Below are positions 38,860 to 48,134 of a DNA stretch of 64,000 nt, piece by piece. Origin of the DNA: an uncultured Nitrospiraceae bacterium. GTDB lineage: Bacteria > Nitrospirota > Nitrospiria > Nitrospirales > Nitrospiraceae. The translations under genes and the position numbers were made by a program. The DNA is taken from contig CAVSTP010000004.1 of the NCBI GenBank assembly GCA_963730935.1, positions 160,001 to 224,000 of the forward strand. Reading direction: 5' to 3'. The stretch's first letter is position 1. Each line of letters begins with the position of its first letter. The notes beneath the pieces are model-generated. The model worked only from the letters and a program-made list of their open reading frames with translations, was not told the DNA's origin and did not search any database.

Positions 38860-40050
38860 CTAGATTTGGTCGGAAAGCAGTTCGGACTTCAGCACATACG
38901 CGCCCTTCACGACGACCGGTTCTCCTTCCTGAAGTCCGTCGAGGATCTTGATCATCTCCCCGTTGTCTTCGCCCAGCGTGACGTCGCGTGCCTCGAACGT
39001 GTGGGCATCCCGTTGCACAAAGACGAACCGGCGGTCGCGCTCCCGTTGCACTGCGCCCTCCGGTACCATCAGGACGCCGTGCTCAGGGAGCGAATGCACC
39101 CTGATTGTCGCGTACATCTCGGGTTTGAGTTTCCGGTGCGGGTTAGGCAGCTCCAAGCGCAAGTTCATCGTCCGTGTGGCCACGTCCAGCACGTCGCCGA
39201 CGTACGTGATCTTCCCATGGAAGACTTCGCCGGGATACGCCGTCACCAGTACCTCCACGAGCTGATCTACTGCAGACTTATCGGTGCCCGCATCGGCCCG
39301 TATGAAGGTGATGTCTTTCTCCGGGATGTTGGCCAGCACCCACACTTCTGAGAGATCAGCGACCGTAAAGAGCTTCTCCGTGACCTCTACGACCTCTCCC
39401 TTGGTCAGATTTCGTGCGATCACCCGGCCGTCGAAGGGAGCGGTAATGGGCACAAAGGAAACAATCTTCTGCTCACGGTTGAGTTTGGCGATGTGTTCGT
39501 CGCTCATGCCCAGCAGTCGCAAGCGGTCTTCGGCTTCGCGTTTCTCCGCGCGCAAGCTGAGCATGTCACCCTGGCGCCGCTGAGCTTCGGCAAGCCCGAT
39601 CACCTTTTCCCTGAGCAGCATCGTCGCACGCTCGTACGCCCGTTCCGCGACGTAGAGCTTTGCGACGGCTTTGAGATACGACGACTGCGCCATGCCCAGC
39701 TCGCTGCTGTTCAGCATGGCCAGAAGATCGCCGCTCTTCACCTGTTGCCCGAGATCGGCGTAGACGTCGAGGACGCGGCCTCGCACGAGCGCCGTAATGT
39801 CGGCGGTCGCACGCTGGTCCGGTACCACTGTGGCGGGAAAATCCCGATGCAACTTGAACTCGCCGCGCACGGCAGGCTCGACCACGATGGCACCGCTTCG
39901 TATCTCTTCGGCGGTCAGCGTCACGATACCGGTCTCGTGCGGCTTTCCGGTCGGCTTCGCGGCCGGTGATTCCTGCGCGGCGCTGTTACATCCCGACGTG
40001 AACAGGACCGCGGCGAGGAGGAGAGGAGGGATGGATCCAAACGACGTCAT
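38860..40050 (-). CDS. czcB: RND periplasmic adaptor (CzcB-like)
   Basis: Lipobox TSGC, ITAPFDG, ADLSEVWV, KLKPEMYA; lies between the OM factor and czcA. Confidence 0.88.
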   Translation of the reverse strand: MTSFGSIPPLLLAAVLFTSGCNSAAQESPAAKPTGKPHETGIVTLTAEEIRSGAIVVEPAVRGEFKLHRDFPATVVPDQRATADITALVRGRVLDVYADLGQQVKSGDLLAMLNSSELGMAQSSYLKAVAKLYVAERAYERATMLLREKVIGLAEAQRRQGDMLSLRAEKREAEDRLRLLGMSDEHIAKLNREQKIVSFVPITAPFDGRVIARNLTKGEVVEVTEKLFTVADLSEVWVLANIPEKDITFIRADAGTDKSAVDQLVEVLVTAYPGEVFHGKITYVGDVLDVATRTMNLRLELPNPHRKLKPEMYATIRVHSLPEHGVLMVPEGAVQRERDRRFVFVQRDAHTFEARDVTLGEDNGEMIKILDGLQEGEPVVVKGAYVLKSELLSDQI

Positions 40051-40116
40051 ACGGGTCCTTCCATTCAGGCACGTACAATGCGAACGGCTGATCTCATGCA
40101 TGGCCTGGTCAATGCC

Positions 40117-41376
40117 TCACAGCACGCCGCCGACCGCCCGCTCGAGTCGTGACAGCGCCACGGACAGCTCAAAGCGTGCCTGTGCATAGTCAAAGAGCAC
40201 TTGCCGCTGCACGCGCTGGGCATCCAGGACTTCCAACAGGCTCGCGGCGCCCTGCTGGAAGCTGAACTTGGCGATCCTCAACGCTTCCTCCGCCTGCTTC
40301 AACAGGCCCTTCTCCAGCACTTCGATGAGTTTTGCGGTGGTTTGCGCATCCTGATAGTACTGATTGATCTGTCTCAACAGCTCATTGCGTGTGCGGAGGA
40401 ATTCAGCTTCCTCCTTGCGCTTGGCACCCAATGAGCCGGCGATTTCACCCTGCTGCTGGTACCACAATGGTGTCGGGACGCTCAAGCCCATATCGAAGCC
40501 TTCACGGCCATATTCGCGGGCGTAGCTGGTGTTCAGGCTGACGTTCGGCACGCGGTTCTGCCTCTCAAATTCAATGGTACGGTCGGCTTGATCGATCGAC
40601 TTGGTCAAACGCTGAAGAGAAGGATGCTCTTGCATCGAGCGCGTCGTCAGACGGGTGAGGTCCAAACTGGACGGGAAGACCAGAAAATCGCCGTTCACCG
40701 CGTAACTCGGGCCGAGGGCACCGGCGGTCAACGTATCGAGAATGACCCGGTTGACGCGCACCGTATTTTCGCTCCGGGTGACGGCTTGATTGGCTTTCAA
40801 CACTTCCACTTCGGCTTTGATCAGATCGAATTGAGGAGCTTCACCGAGGCGGACCCTGTGACTGACGACGCGGCGCACGTCTTCGACGATGCTCAAGTTA
40901 TTTTTCGCCAGCTCCAGGTCGCGCTGCGCAAGGAGTAGGTCATAGAAGGCGACCTTGACGTCCGATGTCAGGTTCAAGCGGGTTTCGATCAATCCGATCG
41001 AGGCGCCGGCCAGCCCGGCGTCTGCCGCGCGTTGACGGGCGGCCCGTTTGGCAGGCCATTCGAGCGGCTGGCTAAAGCCGGCCATGTATTCGGTGGCCGA
41101 TGTCGGGATCTCAGTGACCAACGGACCCCCATCCCTTAAATACCCTTTGCCGCTGTCTCCATGAATGATCGGATTGGGATAGGCCCCGGCCGCGGTGCGC
41201 TTGCCGGTGCTTTGATCGATTGCCGCCATCGCGCCTGCGATCATGGGATTGCGCTCAATGGCCAAGCCGATGATGTCGTGAAGCGCATAGGTGGGCGATG
41301 CGGTATCCGCCTGGACGCGTTCACCGAACGGGACAACGAGAACAGTGAATATGACAGCAGTAAACCATGGTTTCAT
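40117..41376 (-). CDS. czcC: TolC-family outer membrane factor (CzcC-like)
   Basis: Signal peptide, AYPNP, GAASLLEVLDAQR, LERAVG. Confidence 0.88.
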   Translation of the reverse strand: MKPWFTAVIFTVLVVPFGERVQADTASPTYALHDIIGLAIERNPMIAGAMAAIDQSTGKRTAAGAYPNPIIHGDSGKGYLRDGGPLVTEIPTSATEYMAGFSQPLEWPAKRAARQRAADAGLAGASIGLIETRLNLTSDVKVAFYDLLLAQRDLELAKNNLSIVEDVRRVVSHRVRLGEAPQFDLIKAEVEVLKANQAVTRSENTVRVNRVILDTLTAGALGPSYAVNGDFLVFPSSLDLTRLTTRSMQEHPSLQRLTKSIDQADRTIEFERQNRVPNVSLNTSYAREYGREGFDMGLSVPTPLWYQQQGEIAGSLGAKRKEEAEFLRTRNELLRQINQYYQDAQTTAKLIEVLEKGLLKQAEEALRIAKFSFQQGAASLLEVLDAQRVQRQVLFDYAQARFELSVALSRLERAVGGVL

Positions 41377-41445
41377 AGCAAACCTCGCGCATGCTCCTGA
41401 GGGAGCAGTGATGTCTGTGAAGATCCGAAGAGCCGTCGGTGTGTG

Positions 41446-41763
41446 TTAGGGAAGAGCCGGGGGACGGAACCAATCCGAGGCGAAGTCTGTCCGCGGACAG
41501 GAGGTGTTATCCAGGACACGGGCCCGTGCGAGATGAATGATGCGAAATGCTTCTCCCTGGGCGAGCGCCAATTCCCCGAGCTCGCCTTCTCCCGGATCGG
41601 TTTCCGTCTGGCCATCCGGCGAGCCTGGCAGCTGGTCGTGCGCATGCACCGGGCTGGTGGACCATTGGCGCAAGCAATCATCGCCGCACGCCGTGCCCAT
41701 GAGCTGCACCGCGAAAACCGTGAGGAGTAGAAGAAAAAAACTGTGCCCGCAGGTACGGAACAT
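41446..41763 (-). CDS. CzcI/DUF2946-like leader ORF upstream of czcC
   Basis: Hydrophobic N-terminus, CGDDC, HAH, C-terminal WFRPPALP; 69 nt upstream of czcC. Confidence 0.6.
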   Translation of the reverse strand: MFRTCGHSFFLLLLTVFAVQLMGTACGDDCLRQWSTSPVHAHDQLPGSPDGQTETDPGEGELGELALAQGEAFRIIHLARARVLDNTSCPRTDFASDWFRPPALP

Positions 41764-42044
41764 GATGCCTTGCCCCTAAGAAAATCGGGACACCGTACCA
41801 TGAGAGACACCCCATCCGCAATTCCATTTCTCTCCCGGGCAGGCACAGAGCAGAAGTGGCTGACAGAGCATGGATATTTAAAAGATCCCATGCCGCATGG
41901 CCCTTCCATACTGGGGGTATCCCGAGTCGTGCGGCGTCGAAGCCGTCGCTAGAGTAGGTTTTTGTGTATGTGAAGGCAACGGTTCGTTCCAGAGACCTTC
42001 TTGCGAAATCCGGGAACGAGATTCACTGAATTTGGGGGGTAAGG

Positions 42045-42380
42045 ATGACTGAACCAGACAGCGCAATGCAGATACGAGCAGGGTCGGAGGCGACCCGAAG
42101 CAAAGGTGGAAAAGGAAAAGCGGTTATTAAGAGAAGTAAGGCTGACACCTCGTCTCAAGAACAGCCAGAAGAGGGGGGGGGCCGGCGTGAACCCAACCGG
42201 CAGCCGGACAAGCGAGGATTCCGTGCAACGCCATCACGAGACCCGCATCTGATCGACAGAATCCAGCAGCGGGCCTATGTGCTGTTCAAGGCCTGCGGCT
42301 GTGAGCATGGCCATGATCTGGAACATTGGCTGGAGGCTGAACAACAGATCACTGGCTCGCCCGATCACTCGGATCGGTAG
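42045..42380 (+). CDS. DUF2934 domain protein
   Basis: RIQQRAYVLF...GHDLEHWLEAEQQI. Confidence 0.8.
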   Translation: MTEPDSAMQIRAGSEATRSKGGKGKAVIKRSKADTSSQEQPEEGGGRREPNRQPDKRGFRATPSRDPHLIDRIQQRAYVLFKACGCEHGHDLEHWLEAEQQITGSPDHSDR

Positions 42381-42435
42381 TAATGGAACCAGCGAAGGAG
42401 CGGCGCTCAGCGGAGCACCAACTCGTCGGAACGTT

Positions 42436-43048
42436 CGCCTCGACTTGGCCGTCCGTGGCCTGTAGGTTCCCGTACCGGATGTTTTCGGCGATGCTCGTCG
42501 GGAACAGCTGCGGATCCTGAGGGACGATCGCGAACTGGTCGCGCAGGTCGGTCAGTCGGTAGTCACGCATCTCCCTTCCATCAGGTAGCACGACGCACGC
42601 ACTGGGGTCGTGAAACCTCGTCAGCAGATTGACGATCGTCGATTTCCCCGCACCGCTCGGGCCGAAAGGAGACGTCGCGCAGCACTGCCGGCGACGAAGG
42701 ATAGGCGAAGGTGACTCCCCGGAACGCGACGTGGCCTTTCGATTGACGAGCCGGTACGAGACGGGCCGGTCCGTGACAAGAGGCGGCGTATCGAGAATGG
42801 CCAGCGCTCTCCGGAAGCCTACCAGATGGGTCTCCAATTCCGTCAGTTTTTTTGCCACAGTATCCAGAGGACCGGCCAGACCGCCAGCGTCGAGGGCAAC
42901 GGCGTGATGAGGTTCAGCGGAATCGAGAACAGGACGACGACGGACAGACAGGCCAGCTGGGCACGAAAAGGGGCCAGAAATGGCCACACCCGGCGGAGGA
43001 GCTGCAGCGCGAGCGTTTCTGGTCTTGTGTGAGTGGTTGCTCGGACAT
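42436..43048 (-). pseudogene. Collapsed ABC exporter (TMD+NBD) pseudogene
   Basis: TM start in one frame, then the TMD end and GPSGAGKST / IVPQDPQLF / IAENIRYG in another; no signature motif or Walker B. Confidence 0.8.
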
Positions 43049-43148
43049 GGATGCAATGGGTCGTCGAACGACGCGTGTATAGTAATAAGCGGTTCGATCG
43101 CGCGCAATCCGAGGAGGAAAGTCCGAGGTAAAAATGATGTAACGACTC

Positions 43149-43182
43149 GGACATTCTGTCCTGGGCGGGGGACATGCTGTCG
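43149..43182. promoter_or_regulatory. Tandem enhancer-like palindromes
   Basis: GGACATTCTGTCC and GGACATGCTGTCG, centres 21 bp apart. Confidence 0.65.
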
Positions 43183-43265
43183 TTATCCAGGCTTTGCGGG
43201 TCGGCTGCCGTGTGTGAACACCATGCAAACATCTTGAAATTAGGCGCTCCGTATGAACGCTCATA

Positions 43266-43281
43266 CGGTCCGCAGCTTGCA
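43266..43281 (+). promoter_or_regulatory. sigma54 promoter (ytxH operon)
   Basis: CGGTCCGCAGCTTGCA. Confidence 0.7.
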
Positions 43282-43375
43282 CGCACTTCTCACGGGACAG
43301 GAATGTGCAGAATCAGCAGATGCAATAGAGGCATCGCGCGAGAACAACCCTTTACAATCCTTAAGGAGGCAAACT

Positions 43376-43711
43376 ATGCGGAATGGAGACTACGAGTACT
43401 ACGAAGATGATGCCATGGGGTGGTCCGCCTTTGTGGCTGGCGCCTTCATCGGAGCCGGTCTGGCTTTGCTGTTTGCCCCACAAACAGGAACGGAATTGAG
43501 GGGCATGCTGAGGAACTACGCCGCGCGAGCGAAAGATGAAGCTTGGGAGCGCGGACGGACCGCGTGGGATAGCGCCGTCGAGCGCGGTAAAGAATATTAT
43601 GACAAGGGTCAAGAGGCCGTCCAGGAAGCCGGCCGTTCTGCGAAAGAGTATGCGCAAAGCGGCAAGGAAGCCTTGCGAGAAGCCACCAGAGAGAGCTCGC
43701 ATCGGGGGTGA
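43376..43711 (+). CDS. YtxH domain protein
   Basis: FVAGAFIGAGLALLFAPQTGTELR; AAGGAGG RBS. Confidence 0.88.
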   Translation: MRNGDYEYYEDDAMGWSAFVAGAFIGAGLALLFAPQTGTELRGMLRNYAARAKDEAWERGRTAWDSAVERGKEYYDKGQEAVQEAGRSAKEYAQSGKEALREATRESSHRG

Positions 43712-43994
43712 ATGCCCAAGGTGGGTACCGGCGTCGCTGGGACGACACTCGAAGGATGTCTTACCAGGTGGTGCCGGGCCTACCACTTCGTTGAGAACTA
43801 TCTCGGCCTTCCTGAAGGTCTGAGCGGGCAGAAGCAGGCTGCGTCACCGGCTTTCTGTCAAATGATCATCGCCGTTGGGCAGCCTGCCACCGCAGCACAA
43901 GCCATCGATCACGATCTCCTCGATGAGAGTTTGCGCAGCCGCAGCCTGCCGCGCATTGGAAGGACGGGCGAGGTGCAAGGAGCAATGAACTGAT

Positions 43995-44768
43995 ATGGAA
44001 GCTGTCGCGGTGGGGGAATCGGGAAGCCTGCGGATTGCCGCTATCGGAGACTTACATTGCCCCCGTACGTCCTCCGAGGGGCTCCGGGACCTATTTCATG
44101 ATCTCGCCACCGAGGCCGATGTTCTTCTGCTCTGCGGCGACCTGACCGATTACGGAAAACCGGACGAAGCGCGATTGTTGGTGGATCAGTTGGGTCACGC
44201 GAGGCCGGTTCCGATGCTCGCCGTGCTGGGCAACCATGAATTTGAGTGCGGTAAGCAGGACGAGATCGTGCGGATCCTTTCCGATGGAGGAGTCACTGTG
44301 CTCGACGGCACCGCGGTGGAGATTCTCGGGGTGGGATTTGCCGGGGTCAAGGGATTCTGCGGGGGCTTTGGCGCCCGCGCCTTGCAGCCGTGGGGTGAAG
44401 CGGCGCTCAAGCAGTTTGCACGCGAGTCTGTGGAGGAAACCGTGAAGTTGGAGTCGGCATTGGCCAAGCTGCGGACGCCCTCGAAGGTGGTCCTCATGCA
44501 TTACGCACCGATTCTCGACACCGTTCGCGGAGAACCCGCAGAAATTTTCGCCTTCCTCGGTTCCAGCCGATTGGAAGAGCCGGTCAATCGCTATGAGGTG
44601 ACAGCGCTCTTCCACGGCCACGCCCACAACGGCAGTCCTGAAGGCAGAACGTTGGGCGGGACGCCTGTCTACAACGTCGCGCTGCCGCTTTTATACAAGC
44701 AGTTTCCCGGTCGTCGCGCCATGCGGTTCATTGAAATTCCGTCGGCGGCTGCGCCGGTCGCCTCCTGA
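43995..44768 (+). CDS. Calcineurin-like metallophosphoesterase
   Basis: GDLH, CGDLTD, GNHE, HGHAH. Confidence 0.88.
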   Translation: MEAVAVGESGSLRIAAIGDLHCPRTSSEGLRDLFHDLATEADVLLLCGDLTDYGKPDEARLLVDQLGHARPVPMLAVLGNHEFECGKQDEIVRILSDGGVTVLDGTAVEILGVGFAGVKGFCGGFGARALQPWGEAALKQFARESVEETVKLESALAKLRTPSKVVLMHYAPILDTVRGEPAEIFAFLGSSRLEEPVNRYEVTALFHGHAHNGSPEGRTLGGTPVYNVALPLLYKQFPGRRAMRFIEIPSAAAPVAS

Positions 44769-44789
44769 GGGCCGGAGAAGGGACAGTTG

Positions 44790-45650
44790 ATGAGTTCAAA
44801 TGCTCAAGGCCTAGATCAACAATTCAACGGAACTCTGCAATCAGCTGGTCATCCAGCGGATCCAGCCATTGACGTCTACCGTGAGGCCCTGTCCAGTCTC
44901 GTGAAGGCCAAAGTTCCGTTTCTGGTCGGGGGAACCTTCGCTCTGGAAAGCTACACCGGACGGGTTCGGCGGACAAAAGATCTTGATCTATTCGTCAATC
45001 CTACCGACCGGCTCCGGCTGATGCAACGGTTGTTGGACGCCGGCTTTCGCACTGAATGGCGGTTTCCTCATTGGCTCGGCAAAGCCTACAAAGACGGTCA
45101 CAGCATCGACATCATCTACAGTTCCGGCAATGGTATCTGCACCGTGGATGAGGCGTGGTTCCGTTACGCCCTTCCAGCGGAGATTTTCGGCATCCCGGTC
45201 CGAGTGGTTCCGGCCGAAGAGATGCTCTGGTCCAAAGCGTTTGTCATGGAGCGTAATCGGTACGACGGGGGCGATATCGCGCATTTGCTGAGGGCTCGGG
45301 CTCACACCATGGATTGGGCGCGGCTCCTGTTTCGCTTCGGCACCCACTGGCGCGTGCTGTTCAGTCACGTGATTCTCTTTGGGTTCATCTATCCGGAGCA
45401 GCGGCTTCGCATACCCGACTGGTTCATGCATGAGATGATGCGGCGAATCAAACTGGACATGCAGTGTCTGCCGGCAGACCGTGAGGTGTGCCAGGGGACG
45501 TTGTTGTCGTGGTCTCAGTACCTCGCCGACCTGGAATGCGGCGACTACCAGGATGCACGTCACGCGCCGCGCGGGAAATTGACGTCGGGCGACACGCAGC
45601 ACATGACGGACGTCCTCCAACGGGAAGAACGGCGAGAACAACAACACTAA
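44790..45650 (+). CDS. Pol-beta superfamily nucleotidyltransferase, function unknown
   Basis: FLVGGTFA...RTKDLDLFV, IDII, WSKAFVMERNRYDGGD. Confidence 0.8.
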   Translation: MSSNAQGLDQQFNGTLQSAGHPADPAIDVYREALSSLVKAKVPFLVGGTFALESYTGRVRRTKDLDLFVNPTDRLRLMQRLLDAGFRTEWRFPHWLGKAYKDGHSIDIIYSSGNGICTVDEAWFRYALPAEIFGIPVRVVPAEEMLWSKAFVMERNRYDGGDIAHLLRARAHTMDWARLLFRFGTHWRVLFSHVILFGFIYPEQRLRIPDWFMHEMMRRIKLDMQCLPADREVCQGTLLSWSQYLADLECGDYQDARHAPRGKLTSGDTQHMTDVLQREERREQQH

Positions 45651-45684
45651 GGATCATCTCGCGTGAGCGAAGGAGGCTGCCGGT

Positions 45685-46125
45685 ATGCTGGACTCCCCTT
45701 ATCTCACTCTCATCGGCCGGGTGCTCCTCGGCCTCATGTTCCTCATTTCCGGCGTCCACAAGATCGCCGATCCTCACGGGACACAGCAGTACATGATCAT
45801 GATGGGGATGACGTGGATGACTACGCTGTTCTACATTGGGGCGGTGGTCGTGGAAGTGGCCGGCTCCTTGTCCCTGCTGCTGGGATATCGTGCACGCGCG
45901 GCCGCCTGGTTGTTGTTTCTGTTCATGATTCCCACGACGCTCATCTTCCACACCAATTTTGGCGACCCGAACCAGATGATCCACTTTCTGAAAAACGTGT
46001 CGATCATGGGGGGGTTGCTGTACGTCGCCCGCTATGGCGCCGGCCGCTACAGCATAGATGCGGGACTGGAACGAACGGCGGCTGGTGCAGCTCCGCAGCC
46101 GTTGAGAAAAGTCGTGCATCAATAG
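45685..46125 (+). CDS. DoxX family membrane protein
   Basis: GRVLLGLMFLISG.HK, FLKNVSIMGGLL, GAGRYSID. Confidence 0.88.
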   Translation: MLDSPYLTLIGRVLLGLMFLISGVHKIADPHGTQQYMIMMGMTWMTTLFYIGAVVVEVAGSLSLLLGYRARAAAWLLFLFMIPTTLIFHTNFGDPNQMIHFLKNVSIMGGLLYVARYGAGRYSIDAGLERTAAGAAPQPLRKVVHQ

Positions 46126-46144
46126 GCAACGGAAGGATGCTCAC

Positions 46145-47275
46145 GTGCAACCGTTAATCAGGGTCGGACGGATCGCCGGCATCGAGATCGGTATCCATTA
46201 CACGTGGCTGCTCATCGCCGTGCTGATCACGGGATCGTTTATCGGCTACTTGTCCGACACTCATCGGCTGTGGCCGGCGAGAACCATTTGGTCGGCTGCG
46301 ATCGTCATCAGCGCCTTGTTTTTCCTCTCAGTCATGCTGCACGAGATGGCGCACGCCCTGGTGGCGCGAGCCTACGGCATGCACGTCCGGACCATTACGC
46401 TGTTTGCGTTAGGCGGAGTGACGAGGATCGAAAAACAGGCGGCCAATCCCGCCGCCGAATTTTGGATGGGCCTGGCAGGACCACTGATGAGCGCGGCCCT
46501 GGGCATATTGTGCGGAGGGCTGGCGTCTTGGTGGGCGCGCGGCTCGAACATCGTCACCATTTCGCCTGCGGCGACGGTTCTGCTGTCCTTGAGCTCGTTG
46601 AACCTCATGTTGGCCATGTTCAACTTGATCCCAGGCTTCCCGTTGGACGGTGGGAGAATTCTTCGAGCGATACTGTGGTGGATCGGCGGAGACGAGATTC
46701 GCGCGACCCGGATCGCATCGCGGGTGGGACAAGGGGTGGCCTTGGTCATGTTCGGTCTGGGCTTATGGGAATTTCTCTCAGCGGCAAGTCTCAGCGGCAT
46801 TTGGCTCGGTCTGTTGGGATGGTTCCTGCTGGACGCCGCCACCGCCAGCTATGTGCAAGCAGAAGTTCTGACAGGTCTGTCGAATATCCGCGTCGGGGAT
46901 CTCATGTCCCACGAGTGCGTATCAGTGCCCGCCGATCTGTCGGTGCAACGGTTTGCGGAGGAGCACGTGCTCCAGACCGGACGGCGCTGTTACGCCGTCG
47001 AGGATCGCGGCGAGATCGTGGGAATGATCACTCCCGCCGATTTGGCCAAGGTGGAACGCATCCGCTGGTGCCATACGCCGGTGATCCAGGTGGCTCATCG
47101 GCTGCATGAACTCCGATCGGTTTCTCCCGACACCCCGGTGGTCGAGGCTCTTCAGACGATGGGACGGGAGGACCTCAATCAACTCCCGGTCATCACGGCA
47201 GGACGGATGGAAGGAATGCTCTCGCGGAGTCATATCCTTCGGGCGCTCGAAACGCATGGGGAACTCAGCATGTAA
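46145..47275 (+). CDS. Site-2 protease (M50) with CBS pair
   Basis: LHEMAH, AGP, FNLIPGFPLDGG, two CBS domains. Confidence 0.9.
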   Translation: MQPLIRVGRIAGIEIGIHYTWLLIAVLITGSFIGYLSDTHRLWPARTIWSAAIVISALFFLSVMLHEMAHALVARAYGMHVRTITLFALGGVTRIEKQAANPAAEFWMGLAGPLMSAALGILCGGLASWWARGSNIVTISPAATVLLSLSSLNLMLAMFNLIPGFPLDGGRILRAILWWIGGDEIRATRIASRVGQGVALVMFGLGLWEFLSAASLSGIWLGLLGWFLLDAATASYVQAEVLTGLSNIRVGDLMSHECVSVPADLSVQRFAEEHVLQTGRRCYAVEDRGEIVGMITPADLAKVERIRWCHTPVIQVAHRLHELRSVSPDTPVVEALQTMGREDLNQLPVITAGRMEGMLSRSHILRALETHGELSM

Positions 47276-47298
47276 TCGGAGTGCGCAGCGACAATACA

Positions 47299-47643
47299 AT
47301 GACGAGGTTCATCATGGATAGACGAACATCGCTGATTCTGGGCATTCTCCTGACTAGCGCCGGCTGTGCCGGTGGACAAGGCTCAGCAGATTATGGAACG
47401 GCCTCTCCTCAGCAAGAGGCCGCAGAGCAGACGGCCGATTATCGCACGCAGGCCAACTCGCTGCGCGAGATGGCCGACCGTCGGCAGTTGGAGGCGGATC
47501 TCTTGGCGCGTGAGGTGGGGCCCAGCGATCCCGCTGTCGAAAAAAAGCGGCGGTTGGCGGAGGAACTTCGTGCGGCGGCAGTAGAGGCCGACAATAATGC
47601 GCATGAGACCGGTCGTCAGGTGCCCCATGGAATGGTGCAATAG
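47299..47643 (+). CDS. Hypothetical helical lipoprotein
   Basis: Lipobox SAGC followed by a coiled-coil-like segment. Confidence 0.6.
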   Translation: MTRFIMDRRTSLILGILLTSAGCAGGQGSADYGTASPQQEAAEQTADYRTQANSLREMADRRQLEADLLAREVGPSDPAVEKKRRLAEELRAAAVEADNNAHETGRQVPHGMVQ

Positions 47644-47651
47644 GCCAACTC

Positions 47652-47720
47652 AGATTTGAAATTGAAGGCGAGAGCTTGAGATCTGAAGTTTAAAACTTGA
47701 GATTTGAAAGCCGAGATCTG
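47652..47720 (+). repeat. Degenerate tandem heptamer array (consensus RRATYTG)
   Basis: GAGCTTG AGATCTG AAGTTTA AAACTTG AGATTTG AAAGCCG AGATCTG at 47672-47720 plus AGATTTG at 47652. Confidence 0.7.
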
Positions 47721-47765
47721 CGCGCACACGCGGGAATCTGCGGCGCGCGGAAAAGGGAGGAGATC

Positions 47766-48134
47766 ATGCCGACGACGATGGTGCAAGATCCCGCCAAAGC
47801 CAAAGAGTATTTCGAGGCCAAAATGGCGTTTACCACCGGCCCGGTGGAATTGGAACGCATGATGAAGGAGGGCAACGTCAACATCGTGGACGTTCGCGCC
47901 GCCGAGGACTACGCCAAAGGCCATATCCCGGGAGCCGTCAATCTGCCGAAGGAGCGCTGGTCAAGCCTCCAAGGTTTGCGCAAGGACCGGACGAATGTGG
48001 TGTACTGCTATTCCCAAGTGTGTCATCTCGCGGCGTCTGCCGCCGTGCACTTCACCGGGCAGGGATTTCCTGTCATGGAATTGGACGGAGGGTGGCGCTG
48101 GTGGAAGGATGACGGGTTTGACATCGAAACCTGA
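47766..48134 (+). CDS. Rhodanese-like protein
   Basis: VDVR, GHIPGA, YCYSQVC, LDGG; GGAGG RBS. Confidence 0.88.
   Translation: MPTTMVQDPAKAKEYFEAKMAFTTGPVELERMMKEGNVNIVDVRAAEDYAKGHIPGAVNLPKERWSSLQGLRKDRTNVVYCYSQVCHLAASAAVHFTGQGFPVMELDGGWRWWKDDGFDIET

Noticed and set aside
43052..43067. Degenerate minus-strand sigma54 box (TCGACGACCCATTGCA) before the ABC pseudogene
   Set aside because: Lacks the invariant GG and is too close to the ATG.
28487..43100. Integrated mobile element or prophage explaining the accessory tract
   Set aside because: No integrase, transposase, tRNA or recognisable att/terminal repeats were seen.
43712..43993. 93-aa ORF filling the gap between ytxH and the phosphoesterase
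   Set aside because: It abuts both neighbours, so it may be a gene or a remnant, but I recognise no family and cannot support a call.
47652..47720. Heptamer array as a CRISPR or terminator
   Set aside because: No spacers, no 25-40 bp repeat and no stem-loop.
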